The position numbers and the translations under genes are program-made. This document shows positions 44,021 to 56,825 of a DNA stretch of 64,000 bases, in pieces (the first letter of the stretch is position 1; the number at the start of each line of letters is the position of its first letter). Below the pieces are notes generated by a model, which worked only from the letters and a program-made list of their open reading frames with translations, ran no database searches and had not been told where the DNA came from. Source of the DNA: Epithemia pelagica (Eukaryota; Protista; Bacillariophyta); assembly GCA_946965045.2 (NCBI GenBank), contig OX337233.1, positions 1,178,001-1,242,000 on the forward strand, in the 5' to 3' direction.

Positions 44021-44614
44021 GGTTTTTAACAGAGTCTTCTTCCAATTTTGCTGAGCAAATGGGTGGCGAGGTCAACTTACGTAGTACGTACGTTCATAAG
44101 AACGACTTAAGCACGACCTCACGCGACCGAATAAGTCTTTTTCTTCCCCGGGCCGCAAAAGCCACCTTGCATGCGCGCTGAAAGCAAGCCGATCCTCGCT
44201 CCTCGTCGGCACGAAAAGAGCGGCGTTTGCGTTTTGCCGTTCTCATGTTTTTCATCTCGTACCTCTGTTTTTGTCCACAAGTTTCCGGTCGGTTTTCCAA
44301 AGACCCGTTTCGTTTCGCGTCAGCTGACCTGTGAAGCGAACATGGTTCGGTTGCGGCAAACGCACCAACAATCAACCTCTCTCGTGGCTCCCACAGCAGC
44401 AGCAGCAGCAGCATTTGGTTTCTTGGTCTCATTCCTTTTCGGTTCCTACCAATCAAAAAGGAGTGAGTGGATTGAAACACTGACAACACAGTATCTCCTC
44501 TTACGCTTTGGCTTCTATCTGGCATCTGGACGAGTGGTCAATACTTGTTTATTCCGTTCTTATTCTCTCTGGACTTAGAAGAAGAAGACAGGGTTCTACC
44601 AAACAAACACCAAG

Positions 44615-45541
44615 ATGCAACGACCACTCACATGGAACACGTCCCCGCTGTCTTTGTCGTCTTCACCCACACAAGAGCGAATGGCAGTCTCCTCACCACC
44701 TCATGAGTATCAAGTCGATCATGGTTTCATTGATCTGTCGTTTGCTTCACCACCAACACCATTGAATTTCGTGAACCAAGTATCGGACGATGACGACAAT
44801 GACGACAATGAAGCACACGACGATGCCGTGATTGACAAGAGCATTCTTCTATCCGAAGATGATGACCACTTTTGCCGCTCGCCCCTTCAAGAGATTTCGC
44901 TGTCCTCCTCCAGTGACGAGGAGGATGATGATTCTATTGTGACGGACGAGGAGTCGTTGCCCTCCTCTCCCCAACCACGGCCTTACTTTACCATTATCAC
45001 TCCTCCCCGCTATCCGAGATTTGGACATCTCAATACTCGCCCCTACCGACCCTCTATTGCCTACCAACGTGCACGGCTCTATCCCATTCCCGAAATGGTC
45101 GAAGATGAAGAAGACCAGCAAGTTTCGAGGCCGACCAATGCTGTACCTGAGCAACATGGACCTCTCAATGCTCCAATATCGTCAACAGTGTCCTCTCCTC
45201 CCTCTCTGCAGTTTCCAAAACTTCAACTTTGGGGGCCACAATCTCCCATTGCCTGTGTGACACCGCCAAAAGAAAAAGCAGAGATGTATTCAATCCCGGG
45301 ACGGAGCAAACCTTCAAAAACTAAAACATTTCAAGAACCTACTCTCTTCTGCGACGCATCAAGTTTCTTGTCGAGTGCGACTGATGGTATGTTCTCGAAA
45401 CATGAGACAAACTCCCCATTGTCAGTACTGACAAATGCAAGAAAACCAAAGAAATGGGGCGACGAGAAGAGTGGGAGTGGCAATCATTCTTTTTCGCGGA
45501 ATGATTCTCGACTGAGATCCATGCCGACATTCACCGGCTGA
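44615..45541 (+). CDS. Hypothetical acidic, Ser/Pro-rich disordered protein
   Basis: 308-aa ATG ORF with diatom-like composition; no recognised domain. Confidence 0.5.
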   Translation: MQRPLTWNTSPLSLSSSPTQERMAVSSPPHEYQVDHGFIDLSFASPPTPLNFVNQVSDDDDNDDNEAHDDAVIDKSILLSEDDDHFCRSPLQEISLSSSSDEEDDDSIVTDEESLPSSPQPRPYFTIITPPRYPRFGHLNTRPYRPSIAYQRARLYPIPEMVEDEEDQQVSRPTNAVPEQHGPLNAPISSTVSSPPSLQFPKLQLWGPQSPIACVTPPKEKAEMYSIPGRSKPSKTKTFQEPTLFCDASSFLSSATDGMFSKHETNSPLSVLTNARKPKKWGDEKSGSGNHSFSRNDSRLRSMPTFTG

Positions 45542-45786
45542 GAGAGGATTGTTTGTTTCAATTATGTTGTCGCTTTGGAAGTATTCCTGCTTCGTTTTGG
45601 TTGTCGCCATCCTAACTCTAGTAGCCTGATTCAACTGTTACTTTGCGTTCTCGTTCGGAGCACAAAAGTAGTAAAGTAGAACGGTCGTTTATACCAAATT
45701 GTAGGATATCAGGATCCGAGAGACGTTTAGAATATGCGTTCTTCGTGTCTTTTGGAGGACAAGGACTGCTTTTGTGGAAAAAGCAT

Positions 45787-47784
45787 TCACTCAGAGTCAC
45801 CGCATAGGGGCAATGTCGAGGAACTCTCGTCCTTCAAGGGATTTGGAACGGTGATTTGCTGCGGTCGACACTGGCGACCATGAGCATTGGCGGCCAGTGT
45901 GGTAATACCAGTTCCATCGACTAAGCGGATAAGTTGGTAGGAGAACAAACGATAATGGTCGTCCAATGTTTTGTTGGGGCCAAATCCACACAAGAACCAA
46001 AAATTGTCACATCGACTCAGCCTCTTGAGATGGATTGCCGTAGCACCGGGATGATCCGGGCCTTGGTCGCAGCACACGTCCACGGTCCTTGATTCGTTTG
46101 GCCAGGTATCGGGAACAGGATGCTTCTCGATAGTGACAATATTTTGAACCTGTTCAAAGGGACCCTCCGCCGGTAAAATGTTGTTTCGAGTTTTGTAAGG
46201 TTGTTGGGGGTCATGTTGCTGAATGGGAATGTCGCTATTGTGAGGGACGGGTTGCAGTCGATGTGGAATAGCAATCTTTCCCTTGTCGATTTCTGCACTC
46301 AAAACCATGAGTGCTGACTGCTTGGTCACCAAGACGGAATCCGGTTCCGTAAGATAAATGTACTTCCACCGGCAACCAACCGTCATGTTGAAAGATGGTC
46401 CAAGCCATTGTCGTGCATCAATTGGATCGCCCCCGCCTCTGGTATGTTTTGCATACGACCCTCTTCTTCGTTGTGAACTTAGTTTCGAATTGTTGAGAGA
46501 CAAGAACGCTTTTCGAATACCGACTAAGCCAGCCATGGGAATTGTTTTGATTGTGCGTTTGTTCCCCCTGTTCCATTGGACGGTACCTTCATGTTCGGAA
46601 CAGTTCACAACCACGATTGAAAGTTCGGTCTTGTGCACACGAACTTCCAAACCGCGGCCCATTGAGTTGCTGTCGTTGGTACCACGAATCCATTCTCCAG
46701 AGATATGATTTGTTTTGTTCGTCTTGGCATACTCCAAAAAGGCTTTCTCCCACAAGGATCGTTCAACGAGGTCTTGTTGACTGCTTTGGAGCATTTCGAG
46801 TGTTGCAGACCATATTATCTTGCTGTGTTCATCCCAATCCGTGTTGTCCACCACAACAAGGATTCTTCCGCAACGGACTCGAATCAAAGAAGTCAATGTG
46901 GCCCCCAAGTTGGCCATGGTCATAATCTTGGCCCGCGTCGAGTTGAAGTAGTTCCGGTAGGGCATAAAGGCAATCAGTGCAATTGTTTCCTGCATGGCCG
47001 TCGGATCGTCACTTTGTTGCAGTTGCGGTTCCAGATTTGAGTTTGTCCTATTCTTGTTGGTTATTGCCACTTCTGGGGAATCCAAGGAAGCCAGAGTCTG
47101 GCGAATGTACTTCATGAGTTGATCTACATAAAATACATATGGCAGTGTGTTTCGTTTCACTTCATACCCAACTTGCTTCCACGCCTTGGAGGTATGCTCG
47201 ACGGCAAATTGCAGCCAATCGCGAGTCATACGCACATCATCTCTCGCAAATTCGTAAAAGGCAAAAGAGGCTCCTTCGACAAACATCATGTGTTGGTTGT
47301 GAATCGGATTGGGATTCAAGAATTCCAAGAATCGGTCCACCGATTGCCACCAAGTGGCAGAAAAGCCATCGCGTAGGGACAATTCCGATGGATCAATAAA
47401 AAGTGCAAGGTCTAGGTCCTTTTCGGAGGTATGGTTGAGCTGCAACGATGAATTTGTTGTTCTGTTGGAGAATTTCGGATTCGGTTCCTCCTTCTTGTTT
47501 ATCAGCGACGTAAATTTACCATCCCTTTGCTTACCCTTGAATTCTTCTAGAAACCTTCGTGACGATGTTGTCAGATTTAGTTCCAAGAGGACGTGTTTAT
47601 TCCAGTGGTTGGACACAGCAAGGTATGATAGGATGTACGCAATAATGAGGGTAAGGAAAAAGGTCCAAGAAGCAGTGGACGAAAGTCTTTTTGCGGTGTT
47701 TTTCTTGTGATTGGAACCATGAGGATTGGCGGAACGATGTTTTGTTAAACGATCATTCTTTGTTCTCCTTGTGGATGGATTCAT
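45787..47784 (-). CDS. Type II membrane protein, possibly glycosyltransferase-like
   Basis: N-terminal TM (FFLTLIIAYILSYLAV), luminal sequons, YIYLTEPD and PHRLQPVPH motifs, Cys-rich C-terminus. Confidence 0.65.
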   Translation of the reverse strand: MNPSTRRTKNDRLTKHRSANPHGSNHKKNTAKRLSSTASWTFFLTLIIAYILSYLAVSNHWNKHVLLELNLTTSSRRFLEEFKGKQRDGKFTSLINKKEEPNPKFSNRTTNSSLQLNHTSEKDLDLALFIDPSELSLRDGFSATWWQSVDRFLEFLNPNPIHNQHMMFVEGASFAFYEFARDDVRMTRDWLQFAVEHTSKAWKQVGYEVKRNTLPYVFYVDQLMKYIRQTLASLDSPEVAITNKNRTNSNLEPQLQQSDDPTAMQETIALIAFMPYRNYFNSTRAKIMTMANLGATLTSLIRVRCGRILVVVDNTDWDEHSKIIWSATLEMLQSSQQDLVERSLWEKAFLEYAKTNKTNHISGEWIRGTNDSNSMGRGLEVRVHKTELSIVVVNCSEHEGTVQWNRGNKRTIKTIPMAGLVGIRKAFLSLNNSKLSSQRRRGSYAKHTRGGGDPIDARQWLGPSFNMTVGCRWKYIYLTEPDSVLVTKQSALMVLSAEIDKGKIAIPHRLQPVPHNSDIPIQQHDPQQPYKTRNNILPAEGPFEQVQNIVTIEKHPVPDTWPNESRTVDVCCDQGPDHPGATAIHLKRLSRCDNFWFLCGFGPNKTLDDHYRLFSYQLIRLVDGTGITTLAANAHGRQCRPQQITVPNPLKDESSSTLPLCGDSE

Positions 47785-48216
47785 TGTATGAACTACTCTA
47801 CGACGTTAGGAGAAATACAACAACAGGAGAGACTCTGCCCAGAGCACCGAATAGGAGTCTTTTTGTGGCGATGTAGATATGGGATGATATCGGATATCGC
47901 CCTGCGTCAAGACATGCCGAGCGGGTCATATCTATTGGATGGCGTGACATGTATCTGTTATTTAAAAAGTACGCGAGCATATTCACAAGACGCATGTCAG
48001 GTTATCACCAAAAAATCTCGATGATTGAGGAGGCTGTATGTGCAGATGATAACAGCCATACAGATTCTACATTCCATCTATATGATTACTATTTTGATTC
48101 CTATATCACAAGATCAAAAGTAGGATGGTCGAAGAAGCAGAACCAAGCCAACTTGACTGTTGCCATCCGGGACGCCGAACAAGAAACGTAATGAATGACT
48201 GGGTGGATGCGGCGAT

Positions 48217-48617
48217 CTATGGCTTTTGAGATTCCAATTGTGCTCGGAGCTTCTCACATTCTTCTTTCCAGTGCTTGATTTGTGCCTCACGTTCCTTCAA
48301 TTTCTTGCGCAACATGACATTCTCCTGGTCACTTTCCCTAAGAGTGGAGTACCAATAGTCATCCAAGGCAAATTGCTCGCTGCAAAGGATTTTGATTTGG
48401 TTCTTCAAGTTCTCGTTCCAGTCCCTGAGTTCTTTGTTTTCTTGGGTCGTCTTTTCTAGTACAGCCGCGATTTGGCTCCGGAGATAATCCGCAATACTTT
48501 CATTTTCTGGTGTCAGGATGGAATGTGTCGTTTCTTGTAGAGCCGCGATTTGTCTCTTGAAATAACCCACCATGCTTTGATTTTCTAGCGTCATGCACTC
48601 GAATGTGGTTGATCTCG
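48217..48617 (-). CDS. Probable last exon of a small coiled-coil protein
   Basis: Heptad-rich ORF preceded by a CTAAC branch point and a TGCAG acceptor at 48618; upstream exons not resolved. Confidence 0.4.
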
Positions 48618-49426
48618 CTGCATGGAGGAAAGCATCAAGAGAAATCGGTTAGAGAACACTGTAATTCGTCATTCCAACGAGAAGGAAGGGTGTTGCTGCA
48701 CACACTTACAGTTGATAGAGATGATGTTTTGCTCACGCTTTGTGGCCCAAACAAACGATGGAGCAGTGTGATTTTGACGTGATCAATTTTATGTCCTTGT
48801 GATAAAGAAGGTGTGTTCAGTTCCTGTTTTCATTCCCTGAAAAACGCAACGGCGTTGCGATAGGTTTTTGGGAACGTACCTTGTCTCCTCAATCACTTTT
48901 CGACATACCTGAAGGAGAGGTGCGGTCTTGTTGGAGCATCTCTTGGCATGACTCTCGACGTCAAGCCTGTGGAGAACTGGGGTGGTGGAAGGTGTTGCGA
49001 TAGTGGTCGTGATAGTGTTGGACCCAAGTGTTCTTTTGCATTTGAATCGGAACACGTGTTGTATCCACTCACACGGACGACGGCCCAAGCCATCTTGGGG
49101 TGGCCCTGTTCTTCCACGGTCCAACTGCTCGTGGAACGTCGAATACGGAGCAGAAGCGCAACAGCGCTCAGCCACTGGATAAAAACGAGCATGCGAACGA
49201 CACTGTGTATCCTGAGAGCAAGCAGCGGTTGGACAGTACGGAAAGGACTCTCACATTGCGCAGTGTTTCCAAGCAAACCATTCTTTGTCGTTTTCCAAGG
49301 AGGGTTTCCAAACGTGTCGTAGCAGGTCCACAACAGACTAGTGTAGTAGTACGAATGGAACAAGGACAAAGGAAAAATCTAACACGACATTTCTACAGCT
49401 CTGCCATATGTTCGTTTTCTTCCTTG

Positions 49427-49945
49427 TTATCCGTTCAAAGAAGTCTTGGAGGAGGATTCCACGCGAGTCAGTGTTTGTGAATTGATCAGGACCGGTAAGG
49501 AGGGGAAGCGATTCTCATCCTCCCGCGCCAAACGTGGAGACGCCTGGTGGTCCTCCGTTTCGTCGTCGTCGTCGTCATCGGGTGGTACCACGACGACCAC
49601 GCCATCTCTCGCGTCATCTGCTTGTGGTTGGGCAAGATCTCGTCCTTCGGCCCAGGCGGCTTCCACATTTTGGAGGTAGGCTTCCAATTCCGAGACAGCA
49701 TTTTTCATACGGCGGACTTCGCGATTGATCATGGCTTGAGTTTCCTGGGCCAAACACGTGGTGTCTTGCGGAGACAACTTTCTCTTTTTCAACACGCCAA
49801 AATTTTCTCGAAGCGCATCAGACAGAAACGAATGCGAGGACTCTGTCCCGTCTTGTGGTTGGGACGTTTGGGAGTCGGGCACACAATCACTTGGTTCCAA
49901 TGGCACCGTCTTGGCAAGTGGCACAGTCTCCCGCATGATTGTCAT
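49427..49945 (-). CDS. Hypothetical protein
   Basis: ATG at 49945; helical core LRENFGVLKKRKL...NREVRRMKNAVSELE; acidic tail. Confidence 0.55.
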   Translation of the reverse strand: MTIMRETVPLAKTVPLEPSDCVPDSQTSQPQDGTESSHSFLSDALRENFGVLKKRKLSPQDTTCLAQETQAMINREVRRMKNAVSELEAYLQNVEAAWAEGRDLAQPQADDARDGVVVVVPPDDDDDDETEDHQASPRLAREDENRFPSLPVLINSQTLTRVESSSKTSLNG

Positions 49946-50741
49946 GCGCGCGCAATGGAGAAATGTGTCACAACAACGACCGACTGTAGATTGCAAACCA
50001 CTCTACAAGTTCCTGCTTTCCCACAACACCTGCTTCTCTTCACAGAGACTCTATTCGATCGATCTAAACGATTCCACAACGACGACAACAACAACTCACG
50101 TGAGGACAGGAGATTGTATAGTCATCCTTGTTCTTGTTGTCTCCTTCTTGTCTGTTGTTCCTTAGTTGCACTCAATCCATCACCCTTTCCTGGTCGACGA
50201 CTGAATTGGATGGAACGGTTCCGTATGCTCTCTCCCTTGAAGATCTTTTTTATATCCGGGTACGTTGGATCCTACGCCGCACACACACACACACGTAGGC
50301 GCACACCACAACGTACCTGTCCAAAATCACACAAGGCAAGCAAACAATCCACGAGAAAGGATTCGATTTCCTCCCACAACTACTAACGATGATGATGATG
50401 ATGATGAAAATGTTTGGGTATACACTATCGACAACGCAATCGCAGCTTATCTCGAAGCTTGTTCGAGGCGCGATCTGGCCGTAGTATATGATCCAAAACA
50501 CTTTTTGTGTGTTACCACAACGACAACGCCACCATGGGAGGTTTGGTTTGTGCGTGTGTGTGATGTGATGTGGATGGAGCGAATGACGATGTCTGCGTCG
50601 GTCCCTCAGTCGATCGTACCTGAGTCGCGGAATCGTGAATTCTGACAGTCGATCATCACGTACCACCAAAACTGAGTACCGGTTGAAGGGATCGAGTTCT
50701 GAAAGGCCAGAATTGTTGGATCGAATCGAACCAAGACGACC

Positions 50742-52073
50742 ATGGCGGCCCACCATCGCGGTTCCAATCCATATTTTACACTTACAAGGGAGGAGTCTAC
50801 GAACGACAACGACGACGCATCCGATTGTATGGATACCAAACCCCAAGCCGTCGATTCCAAGATTCCTGGGGCCACCAAAGATACCTTGCACCCGCCGCTC
50901 GAGACATCACTAATTCACGGCAGTACTGTTTTGGCCACAGTCGAGGATACTCTGTCTACTCAATTTCGCACAGTGACAACACGCGTGGAGGCACGACCAG
51001 CACAGACCACCACCACCATCACCAGCAACAAGGACCAACACAGCAGCACTCGAATGGTTTCAAGGCCAATGCCATCCACCCAAGAACGTACGAGTTCATT
51101 ATCAATACGACAAGAATCCGTTTCGTTCGCAACTCTCTCACAACCACATCACGATCAAAAGCCTGCAGCTTCCAGTATCATGAGTCGAGAACAGTTGCAA
51201 ACACAAACGTGCAGTAGTAGTTCGGTGGAATCACGACAACCCGAAGCCACTGTCGCTGCTTCGGCCACACCAAAGTCCAAACGAGCCAAACGGCGAACGC
51301 CCGCCGCCGACTCTACGGCGTCGTATTCGACCGGACGATGGACGGATGCCGAACACGAGGCTTTTTTGCGAGGGTTGCAACTCTATGGTCGTGAATGGAA
51401 AAAGGTGGCGTCCCACATTCCCACTCGTACATCGGCGCAAGTGCGAAGTCATGCCCAAAAACATTTTGTCAAACTGCAACGCGACGAAGATGCCTTGGGA
51501 GTGGTATCCTCGTCCTCGAATGCTCGACAATCCTCGCAGACCGCCACCACACTGGAGGGCTTGGCTCGAGGCTTGTCGCCCGCGGCGCAATCGACCTTGG
51601 CGCGCATCATGGCTCATCCGGAACTCGTCGAACAAGAAGTCGAAGTGACGATGCAGAGATTAGCGCAACGATATCGACAATTGCAGGATCGACTGCGGCA
51701 CATGGAACGAGAAGAAGCCCAAGCCGCTCGCCTCGCCATGGCCCGAAAACGACCGGCCGAACAACCACAACAACCACAACAAATGATCGGGAGGACCAAT
51801 GACGATCGGGACGAACGAACGCTGGGATTAGAGGATGAAGAATTGATTGCCGTGTCCGTTCTTCATGCGGCTCTTCCTCGGAGCGCGGACGGCATGAGTC
51901 ATGGCGGCGGAGGATCCAACGAGGCATCGCTCGCCAGTGAATTGGAAACCATGGATACCTGCAATAGTTCCACCAATACCACACACGATGGAGGCGATGA
52001 AAATACAACGACATCCAATGAGTCCCTGTCATCCAACAAACGGAGCAAGGTCATGGACTTTTCTTCTTCCTGA
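50742..52073 (+). CDS. MYB-related (1R, SHAQKYF-class) transcription factor
   Basis: GRWTDAEHEAFLRGLQLYGREWKKVASHIPTRTSAQVRSHAQKHF. Confidence 0.92.
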   Translation: MAAHHRGSNPYFTLTREESTNDNDDASDCMDTKPQAVDSKIPGATKDTLHPPLETSLIHGSTVLATVEDTLSTQFRTVTTRVEARPAQTTTTITSNKDQHSSTRMVSRPMPSTQERTSSLSIRQESVSFATLSQPHHDQKPAASSIMSREQLQTQTCSSSSVESRQPEATVAASATPKSKRAKRRTPAADSTASYSTGRWTDAEHEAFLRGLQLYGREWKKVASHIPTRTSAQVRSHAQKHFVKLQRDEDALGVVSSSSNARQSSQTATTLEGLARGLSPAAQSTLARIMAHPELVEQEVEVTMQRLAQRYRQLQDRLRHMEREEAQAARLAMARKRPAEQPQQPQQMIGRTNDDRDERTLGLEDEELIAVSVLHAALPRSADGMSHGGGGSNEASLASELETMDTCNSSTNTTHDGGDENTTTSNESLSSNKRSKVMDFSSS

Positions 52074-53020
52074 TTCGATTGCACCCGCAACTCTGGTCAC
52101 CGACCACATGGCAACCGATGCACCTACGCGCCATGGATGGATGAATGAATGAATGATTACCCATACGAAAATGAACATACTGCAATCGTAGAAGGGGACT
52201 ACTGTACAACTGGAATGTTTGATGTAGTGTAGAGAATATATTTATAGTTTAGTGATGATGAGAATGCAATGATTCTTATGATGTGGAGCACACAGCAGGA
52301 TAGGACTCACCGAGGGATGCTCGATGCTTTTCTACGCTGGATGGGGAAACACAGAAATTGCAGGTTTGGGATCATGAGCACGGCATCAGGAACGTCGGAA
52401 TCCACAAGGAGTGCACACAAGTCAAGTTCGGTTCGTTTCCAATTCCTTGGGCACATGTGGAGCAAAGGGGACAATGGCCTGCTTCGCCTCACCCACAGGA
52501 TTCCAGAAAATGCCCTCAACCACCAATGATACATGCACATGGGAGTCGTGCAATGATGCGCACAAGACGAGACTTAACATACAGAGGGAAGACTAGGTAG
52601 TTTGCATGGCCGTAGAGCAGGGGGACAGAGCCACAAGGAGCATCCACTCGATTTCGATACGCCACCACTCCTCCTGCTGCTTCCTTTGGAACCGATAACG
52701 GTACCAGGTCCACGTCACAAAACGATTGAGGGATCAGGGAGTTGGGTGCTCTTTTATCATGGTCGTGGGACAATCGTACGGTGAGTGGTACCCAAAGGTG
52801 TCCCGCAGACACTTGCGAAAAAAGTGGAAGAACTAGGCGACTTGGACAACTTTGGTCGTTTCAGAGTTCGATTCGAAGCACGTCTTTTGGTCGTTTCCAA
52901 AGCTATTTTTTGCGAGGCAATCTATATCTAATCTCATCTACACTGAGATTCACTGTTGCTTCGTTCTATATGAATTAGGAATCGCAGGGTTGCGGATACA
53001 CACCCAAACTGGTTTCCACG

Positions 53021-55270
53021 TTAGGAGGAGGAAGAGACTGCTAGCAAGTTGGTCGTCTCGTTGTTGCTGGAGTTGCTGGATTTGACGGGATCGTACTGTT
53101 GTCGGTACAACCGTAATCGTTGCCATCTCAAGAGGTACACCAGACTCACGGCCAACACAATCAAGGCGCCCATACCCGTGGGAACGAGCAAGCTGACCAG
53201 GGTATTGGTGGAAGACGTGGCATTGGCATTGGTGGACCACTCTCCCGTCGATGTGGAATCCATGGGGGTACCGCTACTACTACTGTCACCACCACTGGCC
53301 AATTCGTAGCTCCAGGGCAAAGTATTAATCTCGTACAACATGGCACCCAAGGCCCAACCAACCTTTTGTCCATTCAACACCTTGCTCACTCGAATCGTAT
53401 CGTTCAATTGAAACCTATATCCCTCATGCAACAATTCAAACACGTAGGCGGATCGGAAGCAATACGTGGGCAACTCCGCCTCATCCATTTTTTTATAATG
53501 CGCCAGGTGCAACTGATCCAGGTTCCGCGCACAAGCCACTTGTGTGGCCTGGTACAATTGTTGCAGGGTGGCACGTTCGGGCAATTTCAAAAACTTCCAC
53601 ACCTTGTAGTAATTGGAAAAGGCAATAAATTCTCCAAACTGTTCTGTCCGTTGTTGGGGCAATTGCGGTTGATAAATGCCGGCCAACGAACAATCGCCTC
53701 GGTGGGCAAAGTCACACCATTGATTCTTATCCAAATGCAACAAGTCCTTGGCCATGGCAAAACAGGCCTCCATGTCATGCTCCGGCGAGGATTGTCCATC
53801 ATTGTACAAGGTCGCTTGGTACCAACCATTGCCGGAAGGAAAGGTGGCATTGTAGTATTGCCATGTTTCCGTCTTGTTGTCCGGTTCCAAATGAATATTG
53901 GTTCGAATATCCAACTTGCTGCCCTTGGGCATACAAGGGTCGTAAATACCATCCACGATGCGTTCTCGACTCGATTTACCGGCCGCCAACCGTGCTCCGT
54001 GTCGACGAATCGCTGCATCATTCCATCACACACACACAATATAGATAGATACAACCAGGAGAATGGTGAGTGCTTCTGCCCACAAATGATTCGTGTCCCT
54101 CTCTCTTCTCTTTGGTGACGTACCTTCATTCATGCCATAAAACAAAAAGCTGTGTGCGTACACATTCCAATGTTTGGCCTGTCCAATTTGCAACTTGAAG
54201 AGATTGGACATGATATCTTTCGAGGATTCAAAAAAGCTAATTTGTGTACTGCCTCCTCCCAAATCCAGGGCGCCATGCATGGGTCGGGGATGCACGACGG
54301 CCCCGGCTCCCTTGGTTTGGGTGACCAAATCACCCACCAAAAAATTAATGCCGGCCCAATCGTAAATGGCTTCTTCTTCGCCACTCAGTGTCCGGGCTTG
54401 TTCGTCACTGCCAAACCAAAAGGGATTGTGGGTGGGATTGCTCAAGACGCGACGCACCGAGGCCATGACCCGCGCTCGATCCGAGGCGGACAAAATCCGC
54501 ATCCCCGCCGTGGCCCGCAAATAAATGGGAAAGGTATTGAATTCGGACCGTTTCTCGTGCAAGACGGATCGAGCAAAGTCCAACAAGGGTTTCAAATAGT
54601 CTCCAATGGCTTGGTCCAATTGAGCGTCAATTTGTTCCGGTGTGCGTGGCGCCGATTTGGTGGTGGTATTGTTGCTGTTGTTGGTTTCGTCCAAATCATT
54701 ATTGTTGTCGGGATGCAACAAAGAGGCAAATTCGGCCAGTCCGGGTCGCAACCGATCCGTCCATCGCGATTCGGTGCCGGGAAAACTCACCAATTCGCCC
54801 GACACGGCCGCCGTAATATCTTGAGGCGTCGTCAAGACGCGTGGTTGCCATTCGTAGACATGCAACCGCGTTCCGGTACTGCCGGCATCCATCATAATGC
54901 CATGCACCGTTTCCTGGGCAATGCCCGGATGTTTGTAAATGGCCTTGAGCAAGGCATTGTGCGAGTCCCGTTCTTTTTGACGTTCATGGTCCAAATGCTC
55001 TTGTTCTGCTTGGTAGTTGGTCCAAAAATCCCGTTCGCGTTGCGCCTCGAGGCGTTGGGCCGTTTCGTCGTCCGTCACGGTCGCTCCGTGATGGTGTTGT
55101 TTGTTCTTTTTCTTTTTCAAATCACGACGACGAAGGTGGACGCCATGGATTGACTCGTCAGGATTCTGTTGTTGTTGTTGTTGTTGTTGTTGTTGTCGCC
55201 GTTCCCCATGCAAGGACCAGGAATCCTCCGCTTCCAATCCATGCTTCGTCGTATCGTCGGCCATTGGCAT
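53021..55270 (-). CDS. GDA1/CD39-family apyrase (E-NTPDase); intron 54013-54123; N-terminus uncertain
   Basis: DAGSTGTR, LRATAGMR, GEEEAIYDW, ALDLGGGSTQ, GWALG; in-frame splice G|GTACGT...GCAG|CG; C-terminal TM. Confidence 0.9.
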
Positions 55271-55840
55271 GCTCCGCAAGGTTCAGTCTTGTGTGTGTTT
55301 GTGTGAATTTCAATATCCTCGTTCCACGAAACTTCTTAACTGATACGTCTCGTCCTTGTTCTCTTGCTCTGTCTCCTCTTGTTTTTCTTTGGGTCCAAGA
55401 CAAACGCGCTATTTGCTATTTCGGAAAGAAAGATTATGGAAATCGCTGTGTGTCCGAAACTATTGAGACACTTGGATTGCAAGTATGTGGCCAAATTGGT
55501 GGCAGACAAAGCGAAGAAAGAAGAAACCCAACAACAACAAACAACACTCCCCCTCCATAGCCATGAATCTGCCACGCCGGCGCGACGCAGCGTCTGCGGC
55601 CACCAAAGACACCTCTGACGCGAGGAAACTTCCTCTCGTCTCCGAACTGTTTGGTTTAAGAAACGTCTGAAATGAAACGTTCTGCCACCGCTTCGGGAGT
55701 CCAAATGAATCTTGCGGATTCTCCAACTACGACATGGGTACGACACAGAACTTGAAGTAGGTCAGTCATTACGTCGTCATCGGGATGATCGTGGTCATCT
55801 TTGGGTTTGAAACAATCCGTGACTGATTCCGACAAATCAA

Positions 55841-56461
55841 ATGGATGCAAAAATTTGCGACCATTTATTTGTCACTCAAATGCACGCTCAAATGACGTGC
55901 CACTACTCGAAAATCCTGGTCGATGAATGGTCCTTTGAAGAGAGTTTGGCGCGCAAGATGGAGGAGAATGGATCGGCCAAGGCATTGATTGATTTGGAGA
56001 AATCTGGCTTCAAGATCTCAGAGAGTGATCCTCTTTTGCTGTGCGTCGTTGATTGCGGAAATGATCATTCGGTCCTGTATGCGAACGGTGGAAACTATGT
56101 CTTGCCTGTGGGCGCTCCCGGGCATGCCGCATGGCCTGGTGGAGCCGCTCCCGTGGCTGGTGCTGCCTTACCCGATGGAGTTGATGCGGCCCCGCCAAAT
56201 GCTCTGGCTTCTTTTATCCGAGGAATGCCAGACATTGTTGACAAATCGGGAGGGCATGGTCTTTTGTTCTACGTACCGAATATGGGAAGGCTTCACGAAA
56301 TGCCCGGTCGGTTCGGTGGATCGGCGCAATTTCGTCGGATTGGCCCGACTATGGCGACCCTTTTGGGGGTACCGGCAGAGCCACCCTTGGTGGACTTTTA
56401 TACCCTTGATACGATGAGAGCTCCGCCCCACTACTATCCAAACTTGAATCAGACTGTTTGA
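55841..56461 (+). CDS. Hypothetical protein
   Basis: 206-aa ATG ORF with a Gly/Ala/Pro-rich middle; no recognised family. Confidence 0.5.
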   Translation: MDAKICDHLFVTQMHAQMTCHYSKILVDEWSFEESLARKMEENGSAKALIDLEKSGFKISESDPLLLCVVDCGNDHSVLYANGGNYVLPVGAPGHAAWPGGAAPVAGAALPDGVDAAPPNALASFIRGMPDIVDKSGGHGLLFYVPNMGRLHEMPGRFGGSAQFRRIGPTMATLLGVPAEPPLVDFYTLDTMRAPPHYYPNLNQTV

Positions 56462-56728
56462 CCACGGGAGCAGTGTGTTCTAGAGTGACGACAAGAGGTG
56501 GCTTGTATTGGTTCCACCGCTGTACGTTGGTCTCCACCAGCTGCTCTTGGATTGCAAGAAGATTCTTATTCGAGAAGATGCAACGAGACTGATAAAGACT
56601 AGAATCCAAGTTTCGGAGCGGTCCAGGGATATCCCTGTTTCTCCATGCGCATGCACATCCAGATGGTATCTCGTTGTGGGTCAATTCGTTCGAAGCATAC
56701 ACAGATGGATTTGGAAGCAGTAGGGTGA

Positions 56729-56798
56729 ATACAAAGGGAAAAAACGGCATCCCCGTCCACGACATACAAAGGGAAAAAACGGCATCCCCGTCCACGAC
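56729..56798 (+). repeat. Perfect 35-bp tandem duplication
   Basis: ATACAAAGGGAAAAAACGGCATCCCCGTCCACGAC x2. Confidence 0.95.
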
Positions 56799-56825
56799 GA
56801 ACACGCAGTTCGAGACACCAGACTC

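Noticed and set aside
48700-49369. Multi-exon gene upstream of the 48217-48617 exon (ATG 49281, MVCLETLRN...)
   Set aside because: Candidate splice sites exist, but I could not join them in a consistent open frame.
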